DNA of 64,000 nt from Macrostomum hystrix (GCA_950097015.1 CATNEN010000001.1:11532001-11596000), one strand, 5' to 3'. Shown: positions 34,101-46,616, numbered from the stretch's first letter. Notes: generated by a model from the letters alone, not told the origin. Made by a program: numbers and translations.

Positions 34101-36862
34101 GATTGTTTTGGAGAGGATGGGATTGTGCAGGAGACGATGGGATTGTGTAGGAGAGGATGGGATTGTGCAGGAGAGGATGGGTTTGTTTTGGAGAGGATGG
34201 GATTGTGTAAGAGAGGATGGAATTGTGTAGGAGAGGATGGGATTGTGCAGGAGAGAATAGGTTTGTTTTGGAGAGGATGGGATCGTGTAGGAGAGGATGG
34301 GATTACGTAGAAGATGGGGTTGTGTAGGAGAGGATGGGATTGTGCAGGAGAGGATAGGATTGTGTAGGAGAGGATGGGATTGTGCAGGAGAGGATGGGAT
34401 TGTGTAGGAGAGGATGGGATTGTGCAGGAGAGGATGAGACCGTGCAGGAGAGGATGAGACTGTGCAGGAGAGGATGGGATTGTGCAGGAGAGGATGGGAA
34501 TGTGTAGGAGAGGATGGGATTGTGTAAGAGAGGATGGAATTGTGTAGGAGAGGATGGGATTGTGCAGGAGAGGATGGGTTTGTTTTGGAGAGGATGGGAT
34601 TGTGTAGGAGAGGATGGGATTGTGTAGGAGAGGATGGGATTGTGCAGGAGAGGATGGGTTTGTTTTGGAGAGGATGGGATTGTGTAGGAGAGGATGGGAT
34701 TGTGTAGGAGAGGATGGGATTGTGCAGGAGAGGATGGGAATGTGTAGGAGAGGATGGGATTGTGTAAGAGAGGATGGAATTGTGTAGGAGAGGATGCGAT
34801 TGTGCAGGAGAGGATGGGTTTGTTTTGGAGAGGATGGGATTGTGTAGGAGAGGATGGGATTGTGTAGGAGAGGATGGGATCAGGAGAGAGAGGATGGGAT
34901 CAGGAGAGAGAGTATGGGATCAGGAGAGAGAGTATGGGATCAGGAGAGAGAGGATGGGATCAGGAGAGAGAGGATGGGATCAGGAGAGAGAGGATGGGAT
35001 CAGGAGAGAGAGGATGGGGTTTTGTAGGAGAGGATGGGATTGTGCAGGAGAGGATGGGATTGTGCAGGAGAGGATGGGAATGTGTAGGAGAGGATGGGAT
35101 TGTGCAGGAGAGGATGAGACCGTGCAGGAGAGGATGAGACTGTGCAGGAGAGGATGGGATTGTGCAGGAGAGGATGGGAATGTGTAGGAGAGGATGGGAT
35201 TGTGTAAGAGAGGATGGAATTGTGTAGGAGAGGATGGGATTGTGCAGGAGAGGATGGGTTTGTTTTGGAGAGGATGGGATTGTGTAGGAGAGGATGGGAT
35301 TGTGTAGGAGAGGATGGGATTGTGCAGGAGAGGATGGGATTGTGTAGGAGAGGATGGAATTGTGTAGGAGAGGATGGGATTGTGCAGGAGAGGATGGGTT
35401 TGTTTTGGAGAGGATGGGATTGTGTAGGAGAGGATGGGATTGTGTAGGAGAGGATGGGATTGTGCAGGAGAGGATGGGAATGTGTAGGAGAGGATGGGAT
35501 TGTGTAAGAGAGGATGGAATTGTGTAGGAGAGGATGGGATTGTGCAGGAGAGGATGAGTTTGTTTTGGAGAGGATGGGATTGTGTAGGAGAGGATGGGAT
35601 TGTGTAGGAGAGGATGGGATTGTGTAGGAGAGGATGGGATTGTGCAGGAGAGGATGGGTTTGTTTTGGAGAGGATGGGATTGTGTAAGAGAGGATGGAAT
35701 TGTGTAGGAGAGGATGGGATTGTGCAGGAGAGAATAGGTTTGTTTTGGAGAGGATGGGATCGTGTAGGAGAGGATGGGATTACGTAGAAGATGGGGTTGT
35801 GTAGGAGAGGATGGGATTGTGCAGGAGAGGATAGGATTGTGTAGGAGAGGATGGGATTGTGCAGGAGAGGATGGGATTGTGTAGGAGAGGATGGGATTGT
35901 GCAGGAGAGGATGAGACCGTGCAGGAGAGGATGAGACTGTGCAGGAGAGGATGGGATTGTGCAGGAGAGGATGGGAATGTGTAGGAGAGGATGGGAATGT
36001 GTAGGAGAGGATGGGAATGTGTAGGAGAGGATGGGATTGTGCAAGAGAGGATGGAATTGTGCAGGAGAGGATGGGTTTGTTTTGGAGAGGATGGGATCGT
36101 GTAGGAGAGGATGGGATTACGTAGAAGATGGGGTTGTGTAGGAGAGGATGGCATTGTGCAGGAGAGGATGGGTTTGTTTTGGAGAGGATGGGATTGTGTA
36201 GGAGAGGATGGGATTGTGTAGGAGAGGATGGGATTGTGCAGGAGAGGATGGGAATGTGTAGGAGAGGATGGGATTGTGCAAGAGAGGATGGAATTGTGCA
36301 GGAGAGGATGGGTTTGTTTTGGAGAGGATGGGATCGTGTAGGAGAGGATGGGATTACGTAGAAGATGGGGTTGTGTAGGAGAGGATGGCATTGTGCAGGA
36401 GAGGATGGGATTGTGCAGGAGAGGATGGGAATGTGTAGGAGAGGATGGGATTGTGTAGGAGAGGATGGAATTGTGTAGGAGAGGATGGGATTGTTTTGGA
36501 GAGGATGGGATTGTGCAGGAGAGGATGGGATTGTGTAAGAGAGGATGGGATTGTGCAGGAGAGGATGGGAATGTGTAGGAGAGGAAGGGATTGTGTAGGA
36601 GAGGATGGGATTGTGCAGCAGAGGATGGGATTGTGTAGGAGAATATGGGATTGTGTAGGAGAGGATGGGATTGTTTTGGAGAGGATGGGATTGCGTAGGA
36701 GAAGATGGGGTTGTGTAGGAGAGGATGGGATTGTGCAGGAGAGGATGGGATTGTGTAGGAGAGGATGGGATTGTGTAGGAGAGGATAGGATTGTGTAGGA
36801 GAGGATGGGATTGTGCAGGAGAGGATGGGATTGTGTAGGAGAGGATGGGATTGTGTAGGAGA
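31181..36862 (+). repeat. 20-bp satellite (GGAGAGGATGGG plus variable 8-mer) with higher-order blocks
   Basis: about 280 units; diagnostic variant GATGGGGTTTTGTAGG at 31411, 33282 and 35013. Confidence 0.97.
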
Positions 36863-37229
36863 TATTTTTGCGAAAATCGTGTGTCTGAATACAACAAAAT
36901 GTTATTCAATGGACTTTTTTATGCGTTTACTCTGCACTTTATATCCTGGCTTTGCTACCATCATTTGTTTGTGTCTATCAGTTCTTAGTGCGTGCTAATT
37001 GAGGTTGTGGCGACCAGTTCTGCACGCCGCGCGACTCTAGGTGCATATGCACTCAAACCCCGGGCCGCCTGGCTGGGGGGTGGGTGCACCCGACCCACTG
37101 GCTCGCTAAGCCGGGGGGTTACGGACTCTCGCCACCTTACGCGCACCTCCCCACGCTCCAAAGCGCTATTTAAGATCTGTTTGACTAATAAATAAATTTA
37201 CCCTTTCTCGCGCACTGCATTTCATTTGC

Positions 37230-37445
37230 GAGGCACTAAAAGGTGGCTGGCCGGCGGGGCTCCCACTGACGTCATCAACCACCGTCCTGCTCACCTTTAC
37301 CGACGAGCGATTTCGCCCTATAGGCCAGGCGGTGGTCACCGTCAAGCACAACAGCCAGCAGCTGCAGCTCTCGATGCTTGTCGTCACGCAGGGCGAATCG
37401 GCGCTGCTCGGACGGGACTGGCTAAACTGCGGCTGGACTGGCCGA
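37230..37445 (+). pseudogene. Gypsy (Mag-like) aspartic protease C-terminal fragment
   Basis: manual translation VLLTFTDERFRPIGQAVVTVKHNSQQLQLSMLVVTQGESALLGRDWL..LRLDW. Confidence 0.7.
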
Positions 37446-37538
37446 GCTCAGCGAGTCCAGTTATTAGTATATAAATAACAAATAGTCATTTATTAGTCTA
37501 GTTAAACAAGCGAAAATTACTTTTTGAAAATAAATATA

Positions 37539-38290
37539 ATGGCATCCACTTGGCACTATGAGGTGTGCACTGACTGCAAGAAGTGCAAGCAAGGAGGACT
37601 GCAGGCCGACCGGCATTCAATATGCATGAATATTTCTAGATGGACAGTCTGCTGGCAGTGCTCCGAAATAGCTCCTTTCCGTGGACTTGGTAAATGCTCA
37701 AAAAACTCCAAGAACAATCGGCACCGCGGGCATCAGCTGCTGCCTGGCAACGAAGAAGCAGCGCGCTCTTTCCGCCGATTAGTTATGGCTGCGGCAAAGC
37801 AACAGGCTGCTGAGGTGGTCAACAGTCCAATGTACTGAGTCAGGTGATCAATGGCATTATTAGACCAAGGGCACCCAGAAGTGAGAGCGTTAGCTCTGGG
37901 GAGGACTTCGTTGCGCCCGCCATGATGACGAGTCAGCGTCCACCTGACAGGGACGGCCCTAGCACCAGCGGAGATCTTGACGTGATGACTGGAGCTGCTG
38001 CAGCAGTCACTGCTCGCGTGCTTGCAATCAGAGGAAAGCAGATGTTAGTTCAGCCTGACAGTCCAATGATCGAAGAAGAAGGCAGCGATATGGATATTGA
38101 GTCTGTTGGCAATGCTATTGCCACTCCGCTCGCCGAAGCCTTGACTCCTGATGCTCCAGCTGCTTTGGCCGCGGTTCCAGCCGTCTCCACCGCTGAAGCT
38201 GGCTCGATTGCACGGGACGAGCTGGCCGAACTGCTAGCAGAAATACTCGTAAAAGTGCCGACAGTCAGCATTCCAGAAGACAACATCATC
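37539..38290 (+). pseudogene. possible DIRS-like gag/ORF1 5' relic
   Basis: CxxC..DRHSIC..CWQC pattern resembles the DIRS1 ORF1 N-terminal zinc motif, followed by a low-complexity region; stop-interrupted. Confidence 0.35.
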
Positions 38291-38723
38291 AACAGCAGCA
38301 GCAGCAACAACAACAAAGGTGGTATTCATTTACCTTCTGGTGATTTTCCTTGCAGCTCCGAGTCAATCCAGCTCGCTTTTTTCATAGCTCATTCCATAGA
38401 CGGGGTGACAGGGCCACGGAATTGCGCCTGATGTATTCTTCCGTACAATCTTCGGGAAGACGCTTGAGCCAGATAGTTCCTCGGCTAACCATCATGATCT
38501 TCTCAAAACCCAGCTTGATCGTGACGTTGTGTCGGTTGACCTTGGTGTGCACAAGTTGTTGCTTCACTTGCTTTAGTTTTTCATAGTTTCATAGTTAGTT
38601 TAGTTTTTTTAGTACAGACCATTTCTTGCGCAGCCAGACAGGAGCACAGCTGGAGGCTATATGAAGCGAATAGAACCATGCTCTATTCTTCACCCCAAAC
38701 TCCACACAACTTGATACCTGGAA

Positions 38724-39902
38724 ATGTCCGACTTGTCACACGAGACTCCGGAGTTGGATGCAACTCTGATAGATGAAGTTGCCAAACATGAAGTTGTCTA
38801 CAACATCTCAAGCCGAAAATTCAAGGATCAGCAGGCGAAAACCAGCGCATGGAATCAGATCGCTGAGACTTTGGGCAAGGATGCAACTTGGTGCCTCAAG
38901 CGGCTTCAAGGTCTCAAGCGTGACTACTTTGTTTTCCGGCGTGGAAGCAAGCTTCCGAGTGGGAGTGCGGTCAAGCCTACACCCAGGCGGTTTTTGGAAT
39001 ATACAGTCGCATGAACTTCCTGGACAAGTGTGACTACATTGGCGATACTACCTCAAATGTGCCTCCGCCCACACCAGAACTTGTAGCTGTGGGATCTGCT
39101 GGACCCTCTCAGCAGGCAACCTCGGTCAATGATGAGGCGCAACAGTCCAGTCGAGCAGAGGCACAGGCTGCAACAACTGACCCCAATGAGGCGTCAATGC
39201 GAGAGTTTGCGGAAAGTGCGCCAAAGAAGGCCAGAAAGGCAACTGCAACAGAAGCATCAAAGCTGGATACTGCCCTCAGCCAGTTGACTCAGCAACTGAC
39301 AAACGGCCCATAGTGCACAGCATTGGTCATAATTTTGCACATTGATGCAAGTCTTTTTACTCGCTAGCATTTTCGGGAGCTCAATATATGATGAAGCTTT
39401 GAGAGGGTCATATTTCATGATCATTACTGTAGCTTTTTGAATGCTATTGACAACCCAACCTGATCCTCTGGAAGTAAAGGCGTCAATCTTTTTACTGATC
39501 TCTTGAAGAAATGGATCCTGTGTGTCAGTGGGAGTAAAGGGTAGAGCTTTATTTGTCATGTAGTAGTGTTCAAGACGCTCAGTGGGTTTTGCAGGCATGT
39601 AAAATTCAATCTTGAATGATAACTGAAGTTTGAAGGTCTTTTCCGATTCCCGTTTGAGTAATAGTGCTCCAATTCAACCACCTGACGAAAGTGACACCTC
39701 AATCGTCTAGCACATTAAGTATCACCTCCATAAGATGAAAAAGTCACAACGAAATGGTCTGCGTGCTGCAATAAGCATAGGAAAGTTTCTTGTGGACTTA
39801 AGGGTGCAGGAGACTCGTCGATATTTTAAGATGATAGTGAAGGAGCACTATAACTATCTCCTTGAAAATGTTCAAATAAAGCGGGCAGCCGCCTCGCATT
39901 AA
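38724..39902 (+). pseudogene. MADF/Myb-SANT protein (Harbinger-type accessory ORF), frameshifted and interrupted
   Basis: LIDEVAKHEVVYN..KDQQAKTSAWNQIAETLG..CLKRLQGLKRDY..SGS..MNFL is a MADF signature; split at ~39010 and by the 39301-39640 insert. Confidence 0.7.
39301..39640 (-). mobile_element. inverted fragment of the Polinton pPolB N-terminal region
   Basis: near-identical reverse complement of ~48706-49043. Confidence 0.9.
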
Positions 39903-40155
39903 TGTGACCCTATTCAAGCTTTCGATTGTATATCCAGGACTTCAGCAAGTTTCGCTGCCGATTCGTGAACTTAATGGCAAGCTGAAGCTTCTACAGACAG
40001 TTTTAGAGAAAGATTCACCCTGGAAACTCTTCTTTGATTTCATGATGTAAGACTTTTGTCTAACGCATTATATTTTTTTCTGCATATGTCTTCAATATAG
40101 TTACTCGCGTGGTAAAGCGGTTGTGTATGTCTGTTTTGTCTAACGTGTTAGAGTT

Positions 40156-40961
40156 TTTCTGCATATGTGAGTATAGTCTAGAACGCTCGAAAAAAAGTAT
40201 GCAAGCGGCTTGTTCTTAGCTCCCAATATCGCAGACATTGTAAAGGGTTTGAATATTCTAATCAAACGTAATCTTAGTCTTGATTGGGTATTTAAGGGAA
40301 AGCGAACGAATATTTTGTACAACATCTCAAACTCTGTTGCTGGAGGACAGATGCTGGTAGAGAAACCAAATCCAGTGAAAAGAGTTGTGCTAAGTAATAA
40401 GGAGATTCACGCGATTGCGCTGCAGTTTGAGACGGAAGATGGTGTTGGCGTTGATTTCAACGGTGAAGAGTTTGTATTGACGTTGATCATTGAGAGAATG
40501 TAAGCTGCCTAATGATTTCTGCAAAGTTATAGTAGCTGTCATAGTCCTTTACGTACGTTACTCCATACTTATGAAACCAGTGTCTTTGGAAAGCTAGATT
40601 AATATATATGATTAATATATTAATACTATAATTTTTTGTCCAAGATATACAACTCACAAACTGAAAAGTAGAGAATATAGAGACAGATTTTTATTGGCGG
40701 GGACTATTTTTTTCCTTCGGGAAGAAAAAAGGTATTGGTTTGTGCATTAAGGAGGCTGCGATAATTTTTGTCCTAGATATGCGACTCACAAACTGATGTG
40801 GAATATTAAAAGTAGAGAATTTAGAATATGGAGACCGAGTTTTTTAGAGAGAGGTGGGGACCCTTTTTTCCTGATCTCTTCGGGAAGAATAAAGGTAATG
40901 GTTTGTACATTATGGAGGCTGCGATTGTTTTTGTCCTAGAAGGCCCCCTTTGCATACTACT
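40156..40961 (+). mobile_element. Polinton right-end fragment (minor capsid 3' part plus terminal repeat ending ACTACT)
   Basis: 40203-40535 matches 62806-63137; 40740-40961 matches 63290-63512; terminus GCATACTACT. Confidence 0.88.
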
Positions 40962-42240
40962 AGCTGTTCTGTTTGCTCTTCGACAATTCCATTACTACAT
41001 CTATGGATCACCACTGCCAACTATCATTCGCACAGATCATGCACCGCTGACTCACGTTGTTAAAACCAAAGGACAGACGAACAATAGACTCATCCGAATG
41101 GTCCTCAAAATACAGGACTACAACTTTCATCTGGTTTACAAACCAGGGCCAATGAATAAAGCCGCTGATGCACTGTCCAGAATATACGAGATCAATGCAG
41201 TTCATCCAACTCCAACCTTAAAAGACTTGTGGAAAGCACAACATGACGACTCCTTTTACAAAGCCATACAAGAAGATACAGAAGAAACGGAAAATAACTT
41301 ACAAAAATAAAAAAAAATTCTTACGAAAACACAAAAATAGTCTAGTTTTCAGAGAACTCGCACTCTTACTGGGTGTACAACAATATTCCACGCCTGTACC
41401 TACCATACACATTCAGCGATCCTACACGAACTCCATGATAGTCCATTAGCCGGACACTTATCCGCCAAGAAAACAATCCATAGAGTAGTCCAATTCTATT
41501 TTTGGCCAACAATGAATTTAGACATTCGCAAGTACTGCATACAATGTCACTCATGTGCTTCAACAAAAATCGGAAGACGACAAAAACCTGAACTTCAATC
41601 AGTACCGAAGACAACTACATGGGACACCGTGTCAGTTGACATTACTGTACCGCTACCACCTGCTCGACAACACTCTATCGACTACAATTACATTCTTACA
41701 GCCTTGGATGTTTTTTTCGAAATTCGCTGTTGCCATTCCGATACCTGACATCACAGCGACAACATTCGCTCAACAGAGAACACACCATTCTTTCTGATGT
41801 TCTCTCGAGACGTTCAACCACCGAATCTACTAGTCCAGAAATTACCGCCATCTCAATATGTTGACTCGCCGACGACACTACAAAAGTTCACTTCTCAATT
41901 ACACCTAGCATGGCAAATTGCAAACATAATCTCAAGAACCAATCTACCGTGCCTACAACAAGTAATTATGCATCTACTTTACAAGTGGGAGATATCGTCT
42001 ACCTCCACTACCCGGCACAACATACGCACAAACATGCTTTCAAATACAAATGACCATTCCGTGTAACAGCGCTGATATCGGCGACAAGAGCACGCCTTGC
42101 AAATATCCAGGATCCACATCAACCTCAGTTCTATGTTCACAATTGACGTTTAAAACGCATCACTTGCAACTGCACATGACGAGACACAAACCACAAACAC
42201 ACCACCAAATACTCATACGTATAACCTACGCCCTCGTTAA
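40962..42240 (+). pseudogene. decayed Ty3/Gypsy pol 3' part (RNase H, integrase)
   Basis: LAVLFALRQFHYYIYG..RTDHAPL..LQDYNF..YKPG..AADALSR; ELHDSPLAGHL; DIRKYCIQCHSC; WDTVSVDITVPLP; many frameshifts. Confidence 0.88.
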
Positions 42241-42380
42241 ATTACTCTTTTATTGTTCCCCGTGTAGTGACCGGGATTAGGAATAGCACTACAGCTACAG
42301 CAAGCTTCTCAAGCTTGTCGTAAAAGGCGAATAAACCTTTGCTCTCTGCAAACGCCCACACAATTTTCGCAAACACCACC

Positions 42381-43398
42381 ATGGACTGTCCTGTCTGTCT
42401 TGAAGAACTCTCATGTAAACTACCATGTATATGTGTCAATAAACACAAGGTTTGCGGTTCTTGCTTAAGCCTCGCACACTACAAAAAACCATTAAAAAAA
42501 CTGTCCCCTGTGCCGTGGAAATCTCCACCAATGTATGATATGTAACTCATGACGAACTGTACAATACTGTCAAAACCAACATTTCATGTGTCCGCAATGC
42601 ATCAAGAAGTTTGCCTACCGCTCCATTTTCCAATGTCCCGTTTGCACTAGCAACTCAACTGCTACTCAAAAATTGTACATACAACTGCATCCATGTTCCA
42701 TTCCCTGTACAAATTTGTGAAACGAGGATCTATCATATATGCTACCATCTCAAGAAACATTCCAGTATAATAGCTCTGAATCAGAATATTATTAAAACAT
42801 TTCAATAGATAAATCGAGAGTTGTGCCCCATCTGCCTCGACGAACGCCTAATCTGGTTCCAGTATGCGAATGGGGGCATAAAGTCTGTCTAGACTGCACA
42901 AGCCAGGACCGGCTACCCACATGTCCGCTGTGCCGCAGGAGCCGAGTATGATGCGTTCTATGCAACGAACAACCCAACATACGGTTGTGCGAAAACCGAC
43001 ACTGGAGTTGTTTTAGCTGCTTACAATCAATGGCAAGAAGAAACATCACTTCCTGCCCAGACTGTTTAGAGCAGATGTTGGACAATACTAAAACGATTAC
43101 CAACATGACGCCCATACACCTAGACCTCCTACTAGACGAAACTAACTGCGAGGAGGCCAGCATAGACGACTTAACGAGTACCATAAAATCATGGCCAATA
43201 CCTTGGCGTCTAAAATCACATCGTCAACGGCTCTTACTGCTAGCCCACAACATTGCCGAAAGTCCAGGAGAACCAACGGCGTTCGACACCTTCCTCATTC
43301 TGATGGAACGGACCGAAGCAACTACCTACACACCACTGCAAAAACATTTTTGGAAGCAAGCAAGGTGGAAAAAAGGCAAAAACACCAAACACACCTAA
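42381..43398 (+). pseudogene. extra ORF of the Gypsy element with four RING-type zinc fingers
   Basis: Kozak CACCACCATGG; CPVC..CVNKHKVCGSC..CPLC; CMIC..CQNQHFMCPQC..CPVC; CPIC..CEWGHKVCLDC..CPLC; CVLC..CENRHWSCFSC..CPDC; contains stops and frameshifts. Confidence 0.78.
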
Positions 43399-43754
43399 AC
43401 AACATCTATGGGTGAATAACAATCCAACTCTTTTCTTCCAGTTACATTCACTATTGCCTCCTAATTACAAATTTGCCTACAATTACCACTAACTAATACG
43501 TTCGTAGCTGGTATATATATACATAATGACAACTTTTGCTACTGCTCGGTGATGGTAATAACTCTCACGCTTTAGGTATGAGTTTTAAATCAAATAATCA
43601 ACTGTTTCACTATGTTTTTGTAAATCTCTAAAATTCTATTACACAACTGTTTCAACAAATACGTGCATATAAGTATATTCTCCTACATCTTTATGCCAAA
43701 GCTTTACTTGTCAATAATAAATTCAGACGAATTTTTTCGTAAAAAGGGAGATAT

Positions 43755-44780
43755 TGTAGAGAGTAGTAAAATATGCCATTTGCTTAAACGCGCTACTTAA
43801 AGTAATATCACAAGGAAACCTTAGCCATAACGTTTAATCTATTTTTAGAAATGAGTCATGCGCTATTTTTAGAAGCAAAGTCATGTGACATGAAACCGGA
43901 GAACCGGTTCTCGACAGCTGTATTTGCTTGAATCCCAAATATGGTAATGTTCACCTGAAAACCCCCCAAAACGCAGCTGAACAAAGTTTAACCTCACTGT
44001 GCAAACATGTATGCCGAAAGTAAACACCCGGTCCAAAACCGGTTTACCCCAAAATTTTACTATAAATACAAGCGAAAATCCAAGCTGAAAATTCAGACTC
44101 GGACCGGTCCACCGGACTTAAAAACATCTTACGAAGAAGGGGACTCATCTCTGAGGGAAAGACAAGTGATAAGCGCTTTACTAGACAGAGTTATTTATTG
44201 CTAGCAGTCGTTGTTGAATTGAACTAAGTTTACCGAGAGCCACATATCGTCGATACTTCAGAAAGGCCTCCTTGTTTCCTAGGATACTAGGAAGATCCCT
44301 AGACACTAGGAAGATCCCTAAGACCCTACAGGATTATTTGTTGATTGATTTGAGTTATCCGTTATATTTCGTAGGTAACGAAGAAGACCCCCTTCAGAAG
44401 GACCTATTATAGCGAGACACAAGAGAGATTTCGATTGTTCACTAGGGCGCACGTTCTATTGTTAATTCCGAGCTCGAGGACATTGTTAAGAATTCTGATT
44501 CGCTCTCGTCACCGGTTGACCTACAGATACGATTTAAGCACAGCGTAGAACAGCGGTCCGCTTTGCAACTTTAGACTTCCAAAGAGAAGAATACTCATCA
44601 GAAGCCCACTACACAAGCGAATAAGAAGCGAAGACCCGGCTGGACAATGGATAAATCGAGATTCGCGCGGAAGACATCAACCTCAGTAAGTGTCACGTGA
44701 CTTTCGTAATTCCTAGGCAATTGTTCCCCATTGTCTAGAAGTGGGAGTTTCGTGTGTCTGATCAACACGAAAAACTCTTC
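43755..44780 (+). mobile_element. 3' LTR of the RING-carrying Gypsy element, cut by the Polinton insertion
   Basis: polypurine tract AAAAAGGGAGA at 43741 followed by TGTAG; TATAAATA at 44062; true 3' end not identified. Confidence 0.65.
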
Positions 44781-45047
44781 AGTAGTATGCGAAAGGGGCT
44801 ATCTGGGACAAAAATTATCGCAGCCTACATAATCCACAAACTATTAACTTTAATATCCTCGAAGATATCAGGATAAATAGGGTCCCCGCCTCTCTCTCTC
44901 AAAAATCGGTCTCCATATTCTAAATTCTCTACTTTTATATTCCAGATCAGTTTGTAAGTTGCATTCTGGGACACAACGTTTACGCAGTCGCCATAATACA
45001 GTATTCTCATTATTACCGAAGGGAAAAAAGGCCCCCCTTCTGAAATT
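44781..45047 (+). repeat. Polinton left terminal inverted repeat
   Basis: diverged (roughly 80% by eye) inverse of 63320-63512; its inner part 44973-45045 is inverted at 63930-64000. Confidence 0.85.
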
Positions 45048-45704
45048 CTTTATCCACAAATCAATGGATGTTGAAATGCAAGCAGGCGACATCGTTTATA
45101 TCGAAAATCTGGAGAAATTCATCAAGGCAGTTTTTTCTAGTAAAGATCTTGACGATTGGAATGTTTGGGTCGATAAATATAATGCAATTGCTCGGACACC
45201 CTTCGCGAAGCCAACTATCAACAGTCGGCTAGCGAAAACTGCCGACAAGCAATCGCAAATCAGCAAGACTCAGGACGAGTTGCGCAAGGCCTAAAAGGCC
45301 AACGGTGAGCATGTGCCTGAGCATTCTCTACAAGAATTTGAGCAGGGCACATTCAAGATCGAAGCGGTGCTTCTACAGATCGCCAACCTTAATAAACTAG
45401 TTGAACGGCGTGGTAAGCAAGGCTTTACAAACGGCCTATAGCTCGGCAGGATCTTTCTGAAAATGGAGCGGGTTCTTTGTAAGGAACAGTTCAACGAGTT
45501 AAAAGACGTGCGCCGTTTACCAGCCAGTGGACCAACTTTCTGATGAAATTGGCTGACCAGGCTGAGAAATATCCGGTGCTACTAAGATCTGCAATGTCCC
45601 TGCACAAGCTAAAGTCGATGATGGCATACTTGTCAGAGGCCCTGGTGAAGCTGCAACAGGAAGTGGACGAAGACGAATACTTGTGACTTAACAACAAAAT
45701 TGAC

Positions 45705-45900
45705 ACCCACCTCAAATTTCGAAACCACTGGTTTCATTTTCTAGGGTGGTTGTTTCACAAGTATGCCATTTTGATTGCCCACCTCAAAATTTGAAACCAA
45801 TGGTTTCATTTTCTGAGGTGGTTGTTGGAACAGTGCAGGATTCAATTCACCTACCTCAAAATTTGAAACCAATGGTTTCATTTTCTGAGGTGGTAGTTGG
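45705..45900. repeat. three ~72-bp direct repeats in the Polinton subterminal region
   Basis: CACCTCAAAATTTGAAACCAATGGTTTCATTTTCTGAGGTGGT, three copies. Confidence 0.8.
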
Positions 45901-46237
45901 ACTAAAATAGAAAATGAGCTCGGGAGAGCGTAGACGAAAACGGAGTGGCTAGGAGTTGTTCTGCGTGGTGACTGAAAAAGCAAAATTGGGGAGAAAAAGC
46001 TGGCGCTTACCCTGAAACCAGCTGTTTCTGTTGCTGCTGTTTTATATTGTTGCATAGAATTAGTTAAAAGCAACTATGAAAGGCATTCTGTCTTCTGCTG
46101 CAAGGCTGTGTAGTTACCCAGAATTTTGAGGTCGCTGTATATGATTTGCCACGTCGCTTACCTTGCTTGCTTGAATCATTCTGCTCTCTCAACCCCCAGC
46201 TCTTTCAGCAGAGCTCCAAGTTCTTTACTTGGAGCAT

Positions 46238-46616
46238 TCAATACAAAGCCCACCCCCCAATCCCCAAACCCAACTTTGTCTTACCAAAAATTGCAGCTTT
46301 AACTAGCTTCCGAGCGATCGATTCCCTCCACCAGCTTGAAGCCCCCATATTGTCTAGCATTCTGAGAATTTCTTTGTCCCAGCGAGTCTTCTCCTCTGGG
46401 AAATCCTTATACTTAATATCATGCCACATATAGACAGTCTAGCTCGCTCACGGGCTCATGCCCAGGATTTGGATTATTGTTTTTATCTAGCTGTATTTCA
46501 AGCGGATTCAAAGACCCGCAATATTTGTAGCCGGGAATTGTCCAGCCTTTGTTTGGATGAGGAAGCTTTTCTACCAGTCCATGTGAGTCTAAGTTTCCAC
46601 CAGAGCGTTGCATCAT
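46238..46616 (-). pseudogene. parvovirus VP1u-type phospholipase A2 domain gene, frameshifted
   Basis: GWTIPGYKYCGSLN Ca-loop motif, then ELD..HDIKY catalytic HD in a shifted frame. Confidence 0.8.

Noticed and set aside
31181-36862. CRISPR-like repeat-spacer array
   Set aside because: Variable parts are only ~8 nt from a few recurring variants; no cas genes; eukaryotic context
29757-36909. long repetitive ORFs (up to 649 aa)
   Set aside because: Translations of the 20-bp satellite, open in several frames
40828-41310. novel fusion protein
   Set aside because: Chance read-through from the Polinton terminal repeat into Gypsy RNase H
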